A DNA stretch of 64,000 nt from the human T2T-CHM13v2.0 reference genome, Homo sapiens. The stretch is taken from NCBI RefSeq assembly GCF_009914755.1, contig NC_060947.1. One strand, 5' to 3'. Of this stretch, positions 1 through 28,048 are shown in pieces; positions within the stretch are counted from its first letter, which is position 1, and each line of letters begins with the position of its first letter. The position numbers and the translations under genes were made by a program. The notes below the pieces were generated by a model. The model searched no databases. It was not told the origin of the DNA and was given only the letters and a program-made list of their open reading frames with translations.

Positions 1-699
1 TGGTGGAGCTGGGACTTAACGCTTAGGTATGTTTACATTAAAGCTGATCTGCTTCCATTCATTATGGCAACAGTTTACTTATGTTATATGTAGTGCCGTT
101 TATAATTCCCAGTGAGAGAGTCATCCTGTTTCCCAAATGATTCACATCTGAAAAATCCAGGCACACAACATGCCCATAAAGGCCAGATCACCCAGTCAAA
201 GCTCAAATAAAGTGTGTTGAAACCAACAGGCCAGTTGTCCTTATTCTTGACTATTTTTTGTGTTAGGAAGGAGCAGATAGGTTAGAAAGTGAGAGTCACA
301 ATATTGAGCCCTTCTACGAAAAGCATATGTTTTTGGCTGTGAAGGTGGCAGTTACCTCTATGCTTTTGCTATCTTAGTGGGGACCAATCCTAAGAGAGCA
401 GTTTCTCAAAAACAGCTGTTATCTGGGAAAGGGGAGGTGAAAGGCCTAACTCAGAAACTGAGCTACTCACAGCTAGGCAGAGCTTCTCACCTCAGTTTCT
501 CTTGTTGGCAGGCCCCAGAAACAGTTTCTTTAAAGACTTCAGCAGATCTTTTCAAGTAGATTTATTGATAGAAGAGCCATGAGAAATATTTTGGTGGCTA
601 TAAATAAAAACATATTTGCAGGTTCAAGTCAACAGACCCAGAATTGAAAACTGACTTGGCCACTAGTTAGTTGTTTTGTATTCATTCTAGAGCAATTCA

Positions 700-1075
700 A
701 GCCACATTGTATTCACTCAATAAATATTCATTGATTGAATGAATGTGTTTATTCCCCCCATTAGGCTGTGAGACCCTTGAGGGTAAGAGCCATATTTCAT
801 TGGTCTTTGTAAATCACATCCAGTTCACTGCCTAAATTCTGTTAAGTATCACTGAATTTTAAATTAATTATTCTTTGGTAAGAAACACTGATAGGGAAAG
901 CATTCGCCCAATGTGAACATAATACAGAAGATACTATTGATGTAGGCACCATGTATTTTGTTGGTTGTATACCAAGCAAACTCTTCTAATCAGCTGAGAG
1001 TCTGTGAGGGCAAAGATGTCTGACTCATTATCTTTGGTAATGCACAGTAGCTGACATATTACAGTACATGTAATG
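700..1075 (+). mobile_element. L2 LINE 3'-end fragments (degenerate)
   Basis: CACTCAATAAATATTCATTGATTGAATGAATG terminus, plus two 'ctgtgagacccttgagggtaagagcc'-type blocks typical of L2 3' ends. Confidence 0.55.
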
Positions 1076-1319
1076 ATTTACTGCAGCATTTCCTAGAGCT
1101 TTTTCATTTGAGTGTCACTCAGGGTTTTTGCTTTATCTGTGCACAGTCTGTATGTTTATTTACTTAACATGTTTCTGTGGTATCTTTGAAATAAAAGGTA
1201 TCACTTGAAATGAAACGTAACTCTACGATTAAAAACTAAGAACAAAAAATAATGTTACTAAATATTTTTAAATGAAATTAAGATTCAGTACAAGTAGTAG
1301 TAAGCTACTAATGTGTGTT

Positions 1320-1475
1320 GCACTAACATTTTATATACCTTCTCTCTTTTAATCCTCATGATAGCTCTTCTAAAAAATATTTTCCCATTACCACAGATGA
1401 GATTAAGATCTAGGTAAGTTACGTAACAGCCCAGTGTCACACAGCTAGTGTAAGGGAGGGCCAGGACTCTAAAGG
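1320..1475 (-). mobile_element. MIR SINE fragment
   Basis: ttaatcctcat...cccatt..acagatgag...cccagtgtcacacagctagt is the MIR core in reverse orientation. Confidence 0.6.
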
Positions 1476-2315
1476 GAGCTTGTTTTTTAATGCTAAAGCC
1501 AACGTGGGATGCAGTATAGGCAATCCTTAACTTTATTATTCCCAAGTGATTCCACCTGGCCCCTTCCCCTTTTTCTTATTGATCCAGCTCTCCTTGGTTC
1601 TCAGACCACCTCCTGGTTACACTTTAAGCAGCTCTTCATCCCACAGGTCATTCCCAGACCCTCTGGCCCACTGCCAATACACCCAACACCAAGTTCTGTT
1701 AGAGCAGAGGAAAGATGGATATCTTTTCATCTTTCTGAGAACAAAAAACAATTGCTATCTATACTTTATTGAGAACTATTAAGGAGTGAGCATCCTGAGG
1801 AAGGCTCTTTGAGATCTGGTTTCTGGGCATAAGAATGCAGATAGGGACTTCAGGGAGAGATTGAAATTGTCCTCCCTGCGCAAAAGTCTGGGGGAGGAGA
1901 TGGAGTTTGGAGCCTGCTGTGGGGTAAGGGAGGAAGGGAGGGAGGGAAAAAGCTAAGACTGAGTTTTGGTCTGCAGGAAATGTGGGAGACAAGGGAGAGC
2001 ACAGGGCCAGGCTCATGGTGGGTACCCAGTAAATGCCCTTAAGATTTAACTAGAGTGAGGGGTGGTAAGTTGTGGGGATTCACATAAAGAGAAAATTGCT
2101 TTCCGAGTTGAAACTGTGACCAGGACCTTTCCGTTTTGGTTCACAAAAATCTTTTCTCTGTTTTTGTAAGCTGGGTAGCTGAATCAAGGAAGTTTGAGGC
2201 AGGTAATGATTTAGGGCAAGGTTTGGCCCAAGGAATAATGGATCTGGGACTGGTAACTGAAGCCAAGGGATAGAATACACAGTAAAAGAAAGAGGAAAGG
2301 AACTATATGATTTAT

Positions 2316-2810
2316 TGAAACCAGAACCCCTTTTCTTCAAAGCCAGCTATAAAGCCTAAAAATATAACTCTAACTTTCCCTCTGCCTTTCTATGTAAAAA
2401 CTGGACATAAAGAAGTGATCTGGCCTCCTTTATTTGACTGTAGGTCATAAGACCCCCCCATTCTAGAGAGGGAACTGCCACATACCCAGAAGGAAGGAAT
2501 GCTGCTCAGAGAGGCCAAGAAGAATCTAGACAGACAGGCCTTGCTGAGTTTCCCCTCTTAGTCTATTCGCATTAGCTCATACCCTTTTTGTTCAATCATA
2601 TTTCTACATGGCTGTTCATACTTTGTTGAACTTAAACATAGACAAAATGGACAATTTCCTTTGTGTCTTTGGGTCTTCATTCTGAAAGCTCCTGTGCATA
2701 CATGCTGAATCCATTTGTATGCCTTTTCTCCAATTAATCTGCCTTCTGTGAGTTGATTTTTCAGCAAACCCTCAGAGAGCCAAAGGGGAAGCTCTCCCTT
2801 AGGCCCTACA
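2316..2810 (+). mobile_element. ERV1 LTR, MER4-group (partial solo LTR)
   Basis: gggtcttcattctgaaagctcctgtg...gagttgatttttcagcaaaccctcagagagccaaaggggaagctctcccttaggccctaca terminus resembles recalled MER4-group LTR ends. Confidence 0.65.
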
Positions 2811-3064
2811 GCACCCACTCTCCACTGTGTCAGGTAATTTATTTATATTATTCATTGAAATCTTCAGAGTAACTCTGTAAGGCAGATGTTGTCTCTACAT
2901 GACAGATGAGGAAATAGGTTCAGAATGATGTGAAGGAATTCAGCCCACCAAAGTGATATAAAGATTATTTTAAACTGAAAATATCTGAACAGACAGCAGA
3001 AGCAGAAATGAATATTACCTAAATTTAAGCAGAACCTCCTGAAAATACAACCACAATTGAACAA

Positions 3065-3435
3065 TTGATTCTGAGGGAGTTTCCTATTTGTATTAAGACT
3101 GACCCCTTAGCATTGAGAAGTGCAAATGCAGCTGCCATAAACCCCCCCAGAGGGAAATTTCCAGCCTAGGAAAGAGATAAACTGTTCATTTTCATTAGCA
3201 TCAAAAAAACCAATAGAACCTTCCATACTTTCACATTGAAGCCCTAACTTCTCCTTTGTTAAATCGGGTATATAAATCTCTCTCTCTCTCTGGCTTATTG
3301 AGCAAGTTACTCATTATTCAATGGTCCCATGTGCATATGGAAATAAACATTGTCTTTACTCCTGTTAATGTGTCTATTGTCAGTTAATTTGAAAGCCCCT
3401 GTCATTTGACTATTGAAACCTTAGATGATAGATGA
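3065..3435 (+). mobile_element. Old ERV1-type LTR fragment (MER34/MER39-like)
   Basis: TATAAA box, then AATAAA followed by 'ctttactcctgttaatgtgtctattgtcagttaattt', an LTR R/U5-like layout. Confidence 0.45.
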
Positions 3436-3462
3436 TAGATAAAGCAGTGTGGTTCCCTAGAA

Positions 3463-3833
3463 CAGCAGTCCTCAACCTTTTTGGCACCAGAGCCTGGTTT
3501 CCCAGAAAACAATTTTTCCACGGGGCAGGGAGTTGGGGGAGGGAGAGGTGGTGGGGTGGCAGGGTAGGGGGATGGCTTCGGGATGAAACTGTTCCACCTC
3601 AGATGGCCAGGCATTAGATTCTCATAAGGAGCACACAACCTTAATCCCTCACATATGCAGTTCACAATAGGGTTCATGCTTCTATGAGAATCTAATGCCC
3701 TGCTGATCTGACAGGAGGTGAAGCTCAGGCCATAATGCTCTGCAGGCCCACTGCGCACCTCCTGCTGTGTGGCCTGATTCCTAACAGGCTGTGGACCCAT
3801 ACCCATCTGTGGCCCAAGGGTTGGGGACCCCTG
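3463..3833. mobile_element. MER1B-type hAT-Charlie DNA transposon (non-autonomous)
   Basis: Terminal inverted repeats CAGCAGTCCTCAACC...GGTTGGGGACCCCTG; perfect 8-bp TSD CCCTAGAA at 3455-3462 and 3834-3841. Confidence 0.9.
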
Positions 3834-5341
3834 CCCTAGAATAAGACCCAAGAGCAACCATAGAACTGTCCCAGTACATATCCAGGGTTCTTAAACCTCA
3901 TATAATCATGATCCAGGCCATAGCTCCCAAACTTGTTGAAGCTGAAGCAAACTTTGTACGTGGGTGGACACAGAAGGAACCTGTGTCCCTTCAAGGAGTG
4001 GAGTAACAGTTAAGACCAGTAAGTGGTCACTTTACAGAATTATCTTCTGTCCTAGAATCTTCTGGGCAGTCACAGATCCTGGGGAAAAGGTGACCTGAGT
4101 CAGGACTATTCATCAGAGCAGTCAGGGCAGCCTTTGGATTCAGGGAGACCACACTGATTGAGGACAAGTCACTTAACATCCCTAAGGCTCAGTTCTGTAA
4201 AATGTGGATACTCTTATCTATTGCCGGAGATCTTGTAGGGAATGGGGATGATATTAGACAAGTGTTTGCCACAGCAAGTTCAGCTTATAATATTAGCAGC
4301 TCCTCTGCAACACTTTTTAAAATTCCAACATACTTTGTAGATAACTGTATCTGCACATATAAAACATATCCAACACACACACATACATGCATGTAGAAAA
4401 TAAGAAAAATATTTTTAAAAATTAATTCTTCCATTATTTGCTGTTTTAAGCAAGCTGCAACATATAATATTGCACTTAGAATTTACACAACAGTTATATT
4501 TCTAGAATTTTGGCAAACCATGGTGCTCAGATCAACTCTTCACGTGTAAAGCAACTCAAAACATTATGGTAAATAACACTGGGATCTAGACTTTTGAGGA
4601 TATTTTGTCTTTAATCATTAATTGTTCCTATAAGAAACTAAGAATTGATTTTTTTGTTTTGTTCTAATTCAAAAGCCATCAGAAAGCCCTGGAGTCATTC
4701 TAATATTTCATGAAAAAGGATACTTACTTGGCCTTTTCTAGACCAACTCAAAAAGGAGGAGATTAGCAAGTGGCACACTGCTGATATGCATTATAAAGTG
4801 TTTCTAACAAATATTTGGCAAATGAATGCTTCAAGTGTTCTTATTCTACAAAGTCTCTTCCTGAGGGTTTTAGCATACCATACCAACTAATGCACAATGT
4901 CTTTCTCAAACTCTTGTTTATGATAGATTTTTCTTAAGAATATTAAAATATATAATAGCTATGATTTATACAGTGTTACCTATATTTGAGGAACTGACTA
5001 CCCAACAACCAAGGCAGTACAAACTGTTAAATCCACAAAACAACAGTGGCAATATATGCAATTAATTACTGATTTTGTATATTACGAAAGTGAGGCTCAC
5101 AGAGAATAAGCAACTGACCCAAGGTCACAGAGTCAGTAGACAGAAAATACTAGAGCTGGAACATGTGTAGTGGTGGGCTAGTACAGGTTTAAAAACCATT
5201 AAGGGTGGAAGATGGGGCCTGGAAGCACATGCTTTGTAGAGTTTGCTGATTTCTATGGTGTAAATGCTCCACTATAGACAATTTTAAGGAGTAAATGCAC
5301 ACAATTACAAGAGCCAGTTCCAGAATGTTACTACAATAGGA

Positions 5342-5707
5342 TCCTATAGTCTGAATGTTTGTGTCCCTCTCCAATTTATATGTTGAAATCTCAACTCTTA
5401 ATGTGATGGTATTAAGAGGTGGAGCCTTTAAGAGGTGATTAGGTCACAACAGCAGAGCCCTCATGAATGGGATTAGTGCTGTTATAACAGAGGCCCCAGA
5501 AAGACTCCTCACTCCTTCCATCATATGAGGACATAAGCAGAAGGTGCCATCTATGAACCAGGAAGTGGTTGCTCACCAGACACTGAATCTGCTAGTACCT
5601 TGATCATGGGCTTCCCGTCCTCCAGAACTATGAGAAATAAATTTCTACTGTTTATACGCTACCTGGTTTGTGGTATTTTATTTTAGCATCCCAAACAAAC
5701 TAAGACA
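5342..5707 (+). mobile_element. MaLR solo LTR (MLT1A/MLT1A0-like)
   Basis: Starts 'tcctatagtctgaatgtttgtgtcc', contains cctccagaactatgagaaataaatttct, ends 'ctaagaca'; 5-bp TSD TAGGA/TAGGG. Confidence 0.85.
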
Positions 5708-6943
5708 TAGGGGAAGCCATTAACCACTGAGCATCAAAATTTCTTCACTGTGAAGTGAGAATAAGAATAACTTCACTGAAAAAAATTGCTCTTAAGGCTT
5801 ATGGGAATAACACAATGTGAGAGTGCCTAATACTGTGCCTAGCTCATAGGTGCTCAAAGAATGTTTGTTTAGAGTCACAATAGTAACAAAATAGCTGCTT
5901 TCAACAATAAAACAAGATCATTACTATTCTCCTTAACTAACTCTTGAATGGAATCTACTCTGTATGAGCAACAAGTACCATTTTTACCAACATATTTCTG
6001 TGTGGATCATTCCCTAAAGATATGTTTAAAAACTAAATTTGCGCAGAAAACCACAGGCTGACAAGGTTCTCAGTGGCACAACTTAACTCATAGTTATCCA
6101 ACCTTTCTAAGTCACAGCTCCTACTAAACAGGTATCATGAAAGCTACACTTCAAGTTTGGTAGGATAGAAGCAAAATCTGATGGCACATTTAGCAGAGTC
6201 TAGTACATGGTGCAAGTACAATATATGGTACTTACAGACTGGTATAATTCACACCCTGAAGCTTTCTTCAAAGCACTGGAAGATGGGGCTGATGCCCTTT
6301 TTCCCCCAAGGACACCAAACAAGATCGAGAGAGATTATTTACTTACTAGTGGGATACAGTGTACTGAAAGAGACTCCACAGACCAGTTGCCCTGAGGGTA
6401 CACATGTAGTTCCAGGAATTTCATGGGTGCTTGAGATTTAAAAAGAAAAAAAAAAAGCTCATACGAGTATATTTTTGCCTCAGAATATATGATCAGTAAA
6501 ATAGATGCATTCTCTGTTCATTTGTAAAAGCTTCAAGTCCATCCTGTACAATCAGCCTATTCTAGAGGGATGCTTCATTAGCAGGCACCAAGGTAGAGTG
6601 GTTATGACCACAGGTTCTGTTTCAGGCCTTACTCTTTTATAATCTATTTGGAAGGAAAATATCTTTTGCTTTTTGTTTTATTCAGACTATGTATTTCACG
6701 GCCATCTTTTCCAATAAATGGAGACCTGTGTTTAGAGTTCAAATTATAAGAATGTACTCTAGAAAAGGACACCAAATAGATGTTTAGTTTATGAGCTCTC
6801 TTTAGCTTTACTTGTTTCCAATAACAACCTATGCCTCAGAAGGAATCATCCTTGGCTTTTTTTTTAATTTACTTGCCTGTTTTGTGCAATTGCCAAGTTG
6901 CCTGTAAAGAAATTCCAATTGTGTGTGACACACTTTATGTATC

Positions 6944-7425
6944 TGCAGTATAAGACCTAAAGTTAAGGCTCAATATTATGTGCTGCCTTGACATCTGGTG
7001 AAATTTAGAGGGCTTCAAATGACCTAACCATGAATCTCCCTCCCTACTCTGCTCCTATGAATGAAGTCCATAGCCAAATAATGGTTCTTATCAGGTGGAC
7101 CAGGCATAGCTCCTGCTTATCCCTGAGTAGCCGGTTTCAATTCCCTGACCGTCCATGGAATTCTTTAAACAAACCAATCAAATCCTCCCAGGGGAAACAG
7201 GGAGCACTCCACCTTCTTAATACCAAATGGCCTGCTTCCAACAGCTCCTGGTTGTCCAAATGCAACCACATTTGGCCCTGCTTGGCATGAGATGTCTTCT
7301 TTCCCAGGTTGTGAATATAGGTGAAAATAAACTGTTGTCAATGTTATTTGTTCCGTATTAAGTGTTATGTGCTTGGTCAACCCCATAACGCAAGACTGGG
7401 AATACTGCCCTCACTGATGGAATAA
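6944..7425 (+). mobile_element. ERVL-type solo LTR (LTR47-like)
   Basis: aagttaaggctcaatattatgtgctgccttgacatctggtgaaa...cctgcttatccctgagtag; CCAAT and AATAAA in LTR order; subfamily name recalled. Confidence 0.55.
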
Positions 7426-7703
7426 ATGGGACACGATCTTACTGCTGATTATTAAGATCCTGTGAGATAGGTATCTTTATTCCCATTTCAATAATGAGAA
7501 AATTAAGGTTCTGAAAATAGTAGATAACTGCCCCCCAATCACACAGCTGAGAAGCTTCCAACCTGGGATTTGAACTCAATCCTTTTATACTTCAAAATCT
7601 GTGTTCATGTTAGCCAACATATCTCAAATATTGTTTAAACACTGAGAAAATTCTGTTTATCCTAAATATGCAACCTAATAAACTTATTTTTAAAAGATCA
7701 TTA

Positions 7704-13086
<5,383 letters not shown>

Positions 13087-13595
13087 AATTTTAAGAAAAG
13101 ACAGCTGAAAACATAATTCTTTCTCCGTCTCACAAAGGTTGAAAACAAATTTCCCTGTCAAAACGTAACTAAAACGTGGAAATGGTTCAAGTTAAAAGCT
13201 ATTCTAAATTAACCAGATAGTCGGCTGGAGAATCTGGAGAAAAGTCCTAGAGTAAGGAGCTAGTGGAAAGTCTTAAAAGGAAATTAGATTATAAACTTTG
13301 CAGAGCCTATTAGTGAGAAAAGAAAAGGTAATAAATTGTAACTATTGGGATAATAATCCAAGTGGGGGGCTGGCTATGCAAGTCTTATGCACACTTAAAA
13401 TAATCATGGGATTGAATCTTTGATCTGGGAATAGAGTTTATCATAATATTTGTTTATTATCCTTATAATCCCTATAGGGTCTGTAGTAACATCACACCTT
13501 TCATTCCTGATATTGGCATTTGGTGTCTTCTCTATTTTGTTATTGGTCAGTGTGGCTAGAGGTTTATCCATTTTATTTATCAAAGACCCAGCTTT

Positions 13596-13756
13596 TAGCC
13601 AGGCATGGTGGTTCCCCTGTATTCCCACCTACTTGGGTGGCTGAGGCAGGAGGATCACTTGAGCCCAAGAGTTCAGTGCTGTAGTGCTCTAAGATCTCAT
13701 CTGTGAATAGCCTTTGCATTCCAGCCTGGGCAACATAGCAGGAAAAAAAAAAAAAG
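13596..13756 (+). mobile_element. Free Alu monomer (FRAM/FAM-like)
   Basis: Single monomer with A-tail; degenerate TSD aaagacccagctttt/aaagaactagttttt. Confidence 0.85.
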
Positions 13757-16466
13757 AACTAGTTTTTGGTTGTATTGATTATCAATCAATTATAATAATT
13801 TCTGCTCTTTATTATTTCCTTCCTTCTGCCTTCTTTGGGTTAATTTTGTTTCTTTTTTAATAGTTTCTAGGTATGATTTACTTATCATAACACTCACCAA
13901 TTTTAAGTGTCCAATCAATGATTTTTAGTAAATTTACAAAGTTATGCAAGTGTCATCAAAATCCAATTTTAGAACATTTCCAACCCTCCCCCATCATTGC
14001 AGTCAATCTCCATTTCTACCTCCAGCCCCAGATAATCACTGAAATTTACAAATTTTCATTTATCAATTTGCCCTTTAAGGCCCCTGCATACAAATTAAAT
14101 AATACACTATGTAATCTTCTGTGTCTGGCTTCTTTCATTAACATAATGTTTATGAGGTTCACCTATGTCATAGCATGTATTGGTCCTTAGTTTGTTTTAT
14201 TGCTCAATAGCATTTTGTATGACTATGCTCTGTGATGTTTAGATGTTTAGATTTACAGACATTAGGGCAATTTTCAGGTTTTAGCTATTAAGAATAATGC
14301 TGTTACATACCTTCATGAATGGGTCTTTAGGGAACATATGTTTTCATTTATCTTGACTAAATTTCTGGGAGTACAGTTATATGGTAAATTTATGTTTAGC
14401 CATTTAAGAAATTGCCAAACTGTTTTTCCAAAGTGGCTCCATCATTTTACATTCCCACTCGCAATGCCTAAGGGTTCCAGTTTCTCCACATGCTCATAAA
14501 CACTCCTTATTGTTTGTCACTTTGATTACAGTCATTCTAATGGTGTGAAATGGTTTAGATTTGCATTTCCCTAATAAATAAAGATGAGCTTCTTTTATAT
14601 GCTTTTTGGATGTAGTATTTGTACATCTTCATTGTTAAAATTTTATTACAGTGTTTTGATCATTTTTAATTGGTTTATTTGACCTTTTGCTATTTAGTTG
14701 TAAGAATTGTTCATATGTTTGGGATACAAACCCTTATTAGATATGGTTTGCATGTATTTTCACTAGTATGGGACTTGTCTCTTCTTTTTTCTTCATGGTC
14801 TTTTGATGTTTGGAAGTATGGGGTAGATGAAGCACAACATATCATTTTTCTCTTTTGTAGATTGTGTTTTTAGTGTTGTATGCAAGATATCTTTATCTAA
14901 CCTTAGGTCATGAAGATTTGATTCTACCTTTTCTTCTAAAAGCATTATAGTTTTAGCTATTACATTTAGAGATACAATCTGTTGAGAGTTAATTTTTTGT
15001 GTAGTGTGAGGTGAATGTCTAAAGTGGTCTTTTTCCAAGTGCATGTTCAACTGTCCAGCACTGTTTGTTGAGAAGGCTACTCTTTATCCCAGTGAATTGC
15101 TTTGGCTTCTTTGTTTAAAAAATCAATTAATCATAAATATAAGGGGTTATTTCTGAACTTTCAAATATATTCCATTGAACTATATGTCTGTCCTTATGCC
15201 AGTTAATACAGTGTTTTGATTACTGTAGATGTATAAAAGTTTTAAAACTGTGTAGTAGAAACCCTCCAACAATTTTTTCTTTTTAAAGATTGATTTGCCA
15301 ATTCTAGATCTTTTGCTTTCCATATTTTTAATTGGATAGTCACTTTCTACAAAAAGTCCTGCTGGAACTTTGATGGGGATTGTGTTGAATCCATAGACCA
15401 ATTTGGGGAAAATTGCCAAACAGCATCGTGTCTTGGAATCCATGAATATAGAAAGTCTTTCTAATAATTTAGATCTTCTTTAATTCATTGCAATGTTTTA
15501 CAATGTTCAATGTGCAAGTCTTGCACTTCTTTTGGTAAATTTAGTCCTAAATATTTTTCTCTTATGCTGTTGTGAATGGCCTTCTTTTCCAAAAACTCAT
15601 TTTTGCTTGTTCATTCGTAATATATAGAAATACAACTGATCTTTTATCCTGCAACTTTGCTAAATGTAGCTATTAGTTCTAATATTTCTGTGTGTGTGTC
15701 TTAACATTTTCTTCATCAAGATTATGTTGTCAACAAATAAAGTCAGTTTAACATCTTCCTTTGTAATCCAGATACCCTTTATTTGCTTTTCCTGCCTTCT
15801 TTCACTGGATAGCACCTCTAATACAATGTGGAATAGAATTGGTGAGAGCTGCTATTCTTGTCTTGTTCCTGATCATTGAGGGAAACCATTCAGATTTTTA
15901 CCATTAATTATGATGTTAACAGTAGGTTTCTCATAGATGCTCTTTATCAGGTTGAAAAACATCCCTTTTGTTACTATTTTATTCAGAGTATTTCTTATGA
16001 ATGAATGTTGGATTTTTGTCAAATGCTTTTTATGTATCTACCAAGATATTCAGGTAGATTTTGTTCTTTATTAATATAATGCATTATGTTAATTAATTTT
16101 TTAATGATAAACCAACCTTACATCCCTGGTACAAATCTCAGTTGTTCATGGCACATAATCCCTTTTAAATATTGCTGGATTTCACTTACTAATTTTTTTA
16201 TTTACTTTTAAATCTATATTCATAAGAAGTATTTGTTGTTTTCTTGTAATGTATTTCTCTGGTTTTGGTGTCAGGGTAATTTTGACATCATAGAATCAGT
16301 TGAGAAGTGTTTCCTCTTCTATTCTCTGAAAGATTATGTAAAAAAATCTTTACTTATTTAAATGTTTGGTAGAATTAAGCAGTGAAACTACCTGGTCCTG
16401 TACTTTTCTTTGTGGGAAGGTATTTTAATTACTACTTTCTTTGATTTCTTCACTTGTTTATTCTGA

Positions 16467-16786
<320 letters not shown>

Positions 16787-16999
16787 TATTTTCTATTTCT
16801 TTCTAAGTCACTTTCAGCAATTTGTGTCTTCCTAGGAATGTGTCCATTTCATACATTTTAAAATTTGTTGCCATAAAGATTATCATAGTAGCCTCTATAA
16901 TCCTTTAATTTCTCTAAGGTCAATATTGATGTACCCACTTCCATTTCTGATTCTGGTCCTTTGCATCTCTTCCCTTTATTTCTTGGTCAATCCAGCTAA

Positions 17000-17308
<309 letters not shown>

Positions 17309-17654
17309 TAAAAGATTGTTAATTTTTAAAAAATACTTTCAAAGAAGAAACATACAGTTTCACTGATTTTTGTTATGGCTTTTTTTTTTCTAATTCATTG
17401 ATTTCCAGTTTAATCTTTGTTATTTCCTTTTTTCACTTGCTTTGCATTAAATTTGCTCTGACTCTTTCTAGTTTACTCAGTTGAAAGCTTCAATTACTGA
17501 TTTCAAAACTTTTTCCTTTTCTAATACGAGCATTTATTGCCTTCATCGTTCCTCTAATCCTTACTTTAATGGCACTGCAAAGTTTTATTTTAATGGTAAC
17601 ATCTTGCAAAACTATAATAAAAGTTCAAAATAACAATATTGATATTGACATTGA

Positions 17655-18082
<428 letters not shown>

Positions 18083-18270
18083 TAAGTTCATATATTTACT
18101 ATCAGAGTCAAGATACAGAACAGATCCCAGCAGTGCCCTTTCATAACCACACTAACCTCCTCCCCATCCCTGCATCAGCCCTAAGCACTAGCAACTACAC
18201 ATCTGTCCTCCACATCTGTAATCTTTCATTTCATGAATGTTATATACATTGAAAACTACACTATGTAATC

Positions 18271-19972
<1,702 letters not shown>

Positions 19973-22273
19973 CAAATGCACCAATTTTGCTAAAGACACA
20001 ATCTACCAAAACTCACTTAAGAAGAAATAGAAAACATAAATAATCCTACACCTATTAAAGCAATGAAATCAATAATTAATAACCATCTGGAATGAAGTTT
20101 CTAATCATCTTCCCAAATCAAAGTGCAGCAAGCCCAGAGGGGTTCACTGGTGAATTTAACCTAACATTAAAGGGAAAAAATTATGCCAATTTTCTATAAT
20201 CTTCTCTTTAAAATAGAAGCAAAGTGAATACTTCCTCACTCATTCTAGAGTCCAACATTACCCTAATACTAAAATGAAGGATGTTACAAGAAATGGAAAT
20301 ACAGGCCAATATCCAGTCTGAACATAGATGCAAAAATCCTCAATAAAATATTAGTGAATCGACTCCAATAATATTTAAAAATAATTATACACCCATAACC
20401 AAGTGGGATTTATTCCAGGTATGCAAGGCTGGGCCAACATTCGCAAATCAATTGATGTGATCCATCACATTGAGAGGCTAAAGAAGAAAAGGATTTGATC
20501 ATATAAATAGATGGAGAATAAGCATTGGACAAAATCTAAGACCAACTAGCAATAGAAACACCCAGCAAACTAAGCATAGAGGTGAACTTCCTCACCGTGG
20601 AAAAGAATATCTACACACAAAAAATCTACAGTTAGCATTATAGTTAATCACAAGGAACTAGATGTTTTCCCCCTAAGATCAAGAACAAAACAAGGATATC
20701 CACTATCACTACTTTTTCAAATTTTTATTGGAAAATTTTGCCAATGCAATAAGACAAGAAAAGGAAATAAAAGTTATACAAATTGGGAAGGAAGAAATCA
20801 AACTGTTTGCAGATGACATAATTGTGTATGTTGAAAATTCTCAAGAAGCAATAAAATAAGTCTTGGAACTAATAAGCAATTATAGCAAGGTCACGGGATA
20901 CAATTATAATATACATAAGTCCATTGCTTTCTTATATACCCACAATGAAATATTTGAATTTGAAATTTAAAATACAATACCATTTACATTTTCAGTAAAA
21001 AATAAGTATAAATCTACCAAAATATGTAGAGGATATATATAAAGAAAATGACAAAACACTGGTGAAATAATTCAAAGAAGAACTAAACAGATGGGGAAAT
21101 ACTCCATGTAAATAAATAGGAAGACACAATATTGTTGAGCAATCAAGTTCTTCCCAACTTGATCTATAGATTCAGTGCAATTCCAATCAAAATCACAGTT
21201 AGTTATTTTGTCAATATTAACAAACTGATTCTAAAGTTTACATAGAAAGACAAAAAATCAGAATAGCTATGAAAGTATTGAAGGAGAACAAAATTGGAGG
21301 ACTCACCTTACCCGACTTCAAAACTTACTATAAAGCTACAGGAGCCAAGATAGTTTAGTATTGGCAAAATAATAAGCAAATAGTTCAAGAGAATAGAATA
21401 AAGAGCCTAGAAATAGACTCATACAAATATAGATAACCCATCTTTTACAAAAGAAGAAAGGCAATTCAATGGAGAAAGGACAGACTTCTCAACAAATGAA
21501 CTGCTTGCATGCAGTTCTACATGCACAAAAAAAGAATCTGGATATAGATCTTACATCTTTTATCAAAAGTAACCCATGTAATTGTTAATATGTAAAACAC
21601 AAAATTATAAAACTTCTAGAAGCTGGCAGGGGAGAAAATCTTGGTGACATTGGGTTTGACTATTATATTTTGGGTATAATACCAAAATTACAATCTCTGA
21701 AAGAAAAAATTGATTTCAGGCTTTACTGAAAATAAAGGCTGCTCTACAAAACACACTCTTAATGACTAGGCTGGGAGAAAGTCTTTGCAAAACACATAAC
21801 CAATAAAGAACTAGTATCCAAAATATACAAACAGCTCCTAAAACTCAACAATAAAAAACTAAACAACCAACTTAAAAATGGGCAAAATATAGGAACAGAT
21901 ACCTCACCAAACAAAATGTGCAGATAGCACATAAGCATATAAAAAGATGCTCAATGACATATGTCTTTAGGGAATTGCAAATTGAAACGATGATAAAAAG
22001 CCATTATAAACTTATCAGAATAACTAAAATTCAAAACACTGTCAAATGCTTGATGTGGAGTGATGGAAACTCTCATTCATTGCTGGTGGGAAGGAAAAAT
22101 GGTACAGCTACTTTAGAATTCAATTTGGCAATTTCTTAGAAAATCACACGTATTCATACCATATGATCCAGCAATTGAACTTCCAAATGAGATGAAAATT
22201 ATATTTACACAAAAACTTGTACACAAATATTTGTATCAGTTTTATTCATAATTGCCAAAACTTGGAAGTGGCC
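19973..22273 (+). mobile_element. Old L1M (MC/MD-like) ORF2 and 3' fragment lodged inside the L1PA
   Basis: Highly decayed plus-strand ORF2 (gatgcaaaaatcctcaataaaatattag, tttgcagatgacataattgt), opposite in orientation to the flanking L1PA. Confidence 0.9.
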
Positions 22274-27750
<5,477 letters not shown>

Positions 27751-27756
27751 CTCTCC

Positions 27757-28048
27757 GGCCAGGCGTGGTGGCTCACGCCTGTAATCCCAGTACGTTGGGA
27801 GGCTGAGGTGGGTGGATCATGAGGTCAGGAGTTCGAGACCAGACTGACCAACATGGTGATACCCCGTCTCTACTAAAAATACAAAAATTAGCCAGGCATG
27901 GTGGTGCACGCCTGTAATCCCAGCTACTCAGGAAGCTGAGGCAGGAGAATCGCTTGAACCCAGGAGGCGGAGGTTGCAGTGAGCTGAGATTACACTACTG
28001 CACTCAAGCCTGGGTGACAGAGCAAGACTCCGTCTCAAAAAAAAAAAA
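27757..28048 (+). mobile_element. AluS
   Basis: ggccaggcgtggtggctcacgcc...gtctc(A)n. Confidence 0.95.

Noticed and set aside
3402-3857. 151-aa minus-strand ORF with a G-rich/G4-like stretch
   Set aside because: It lies almost wholly in the MER1B element and is a chance ORF.
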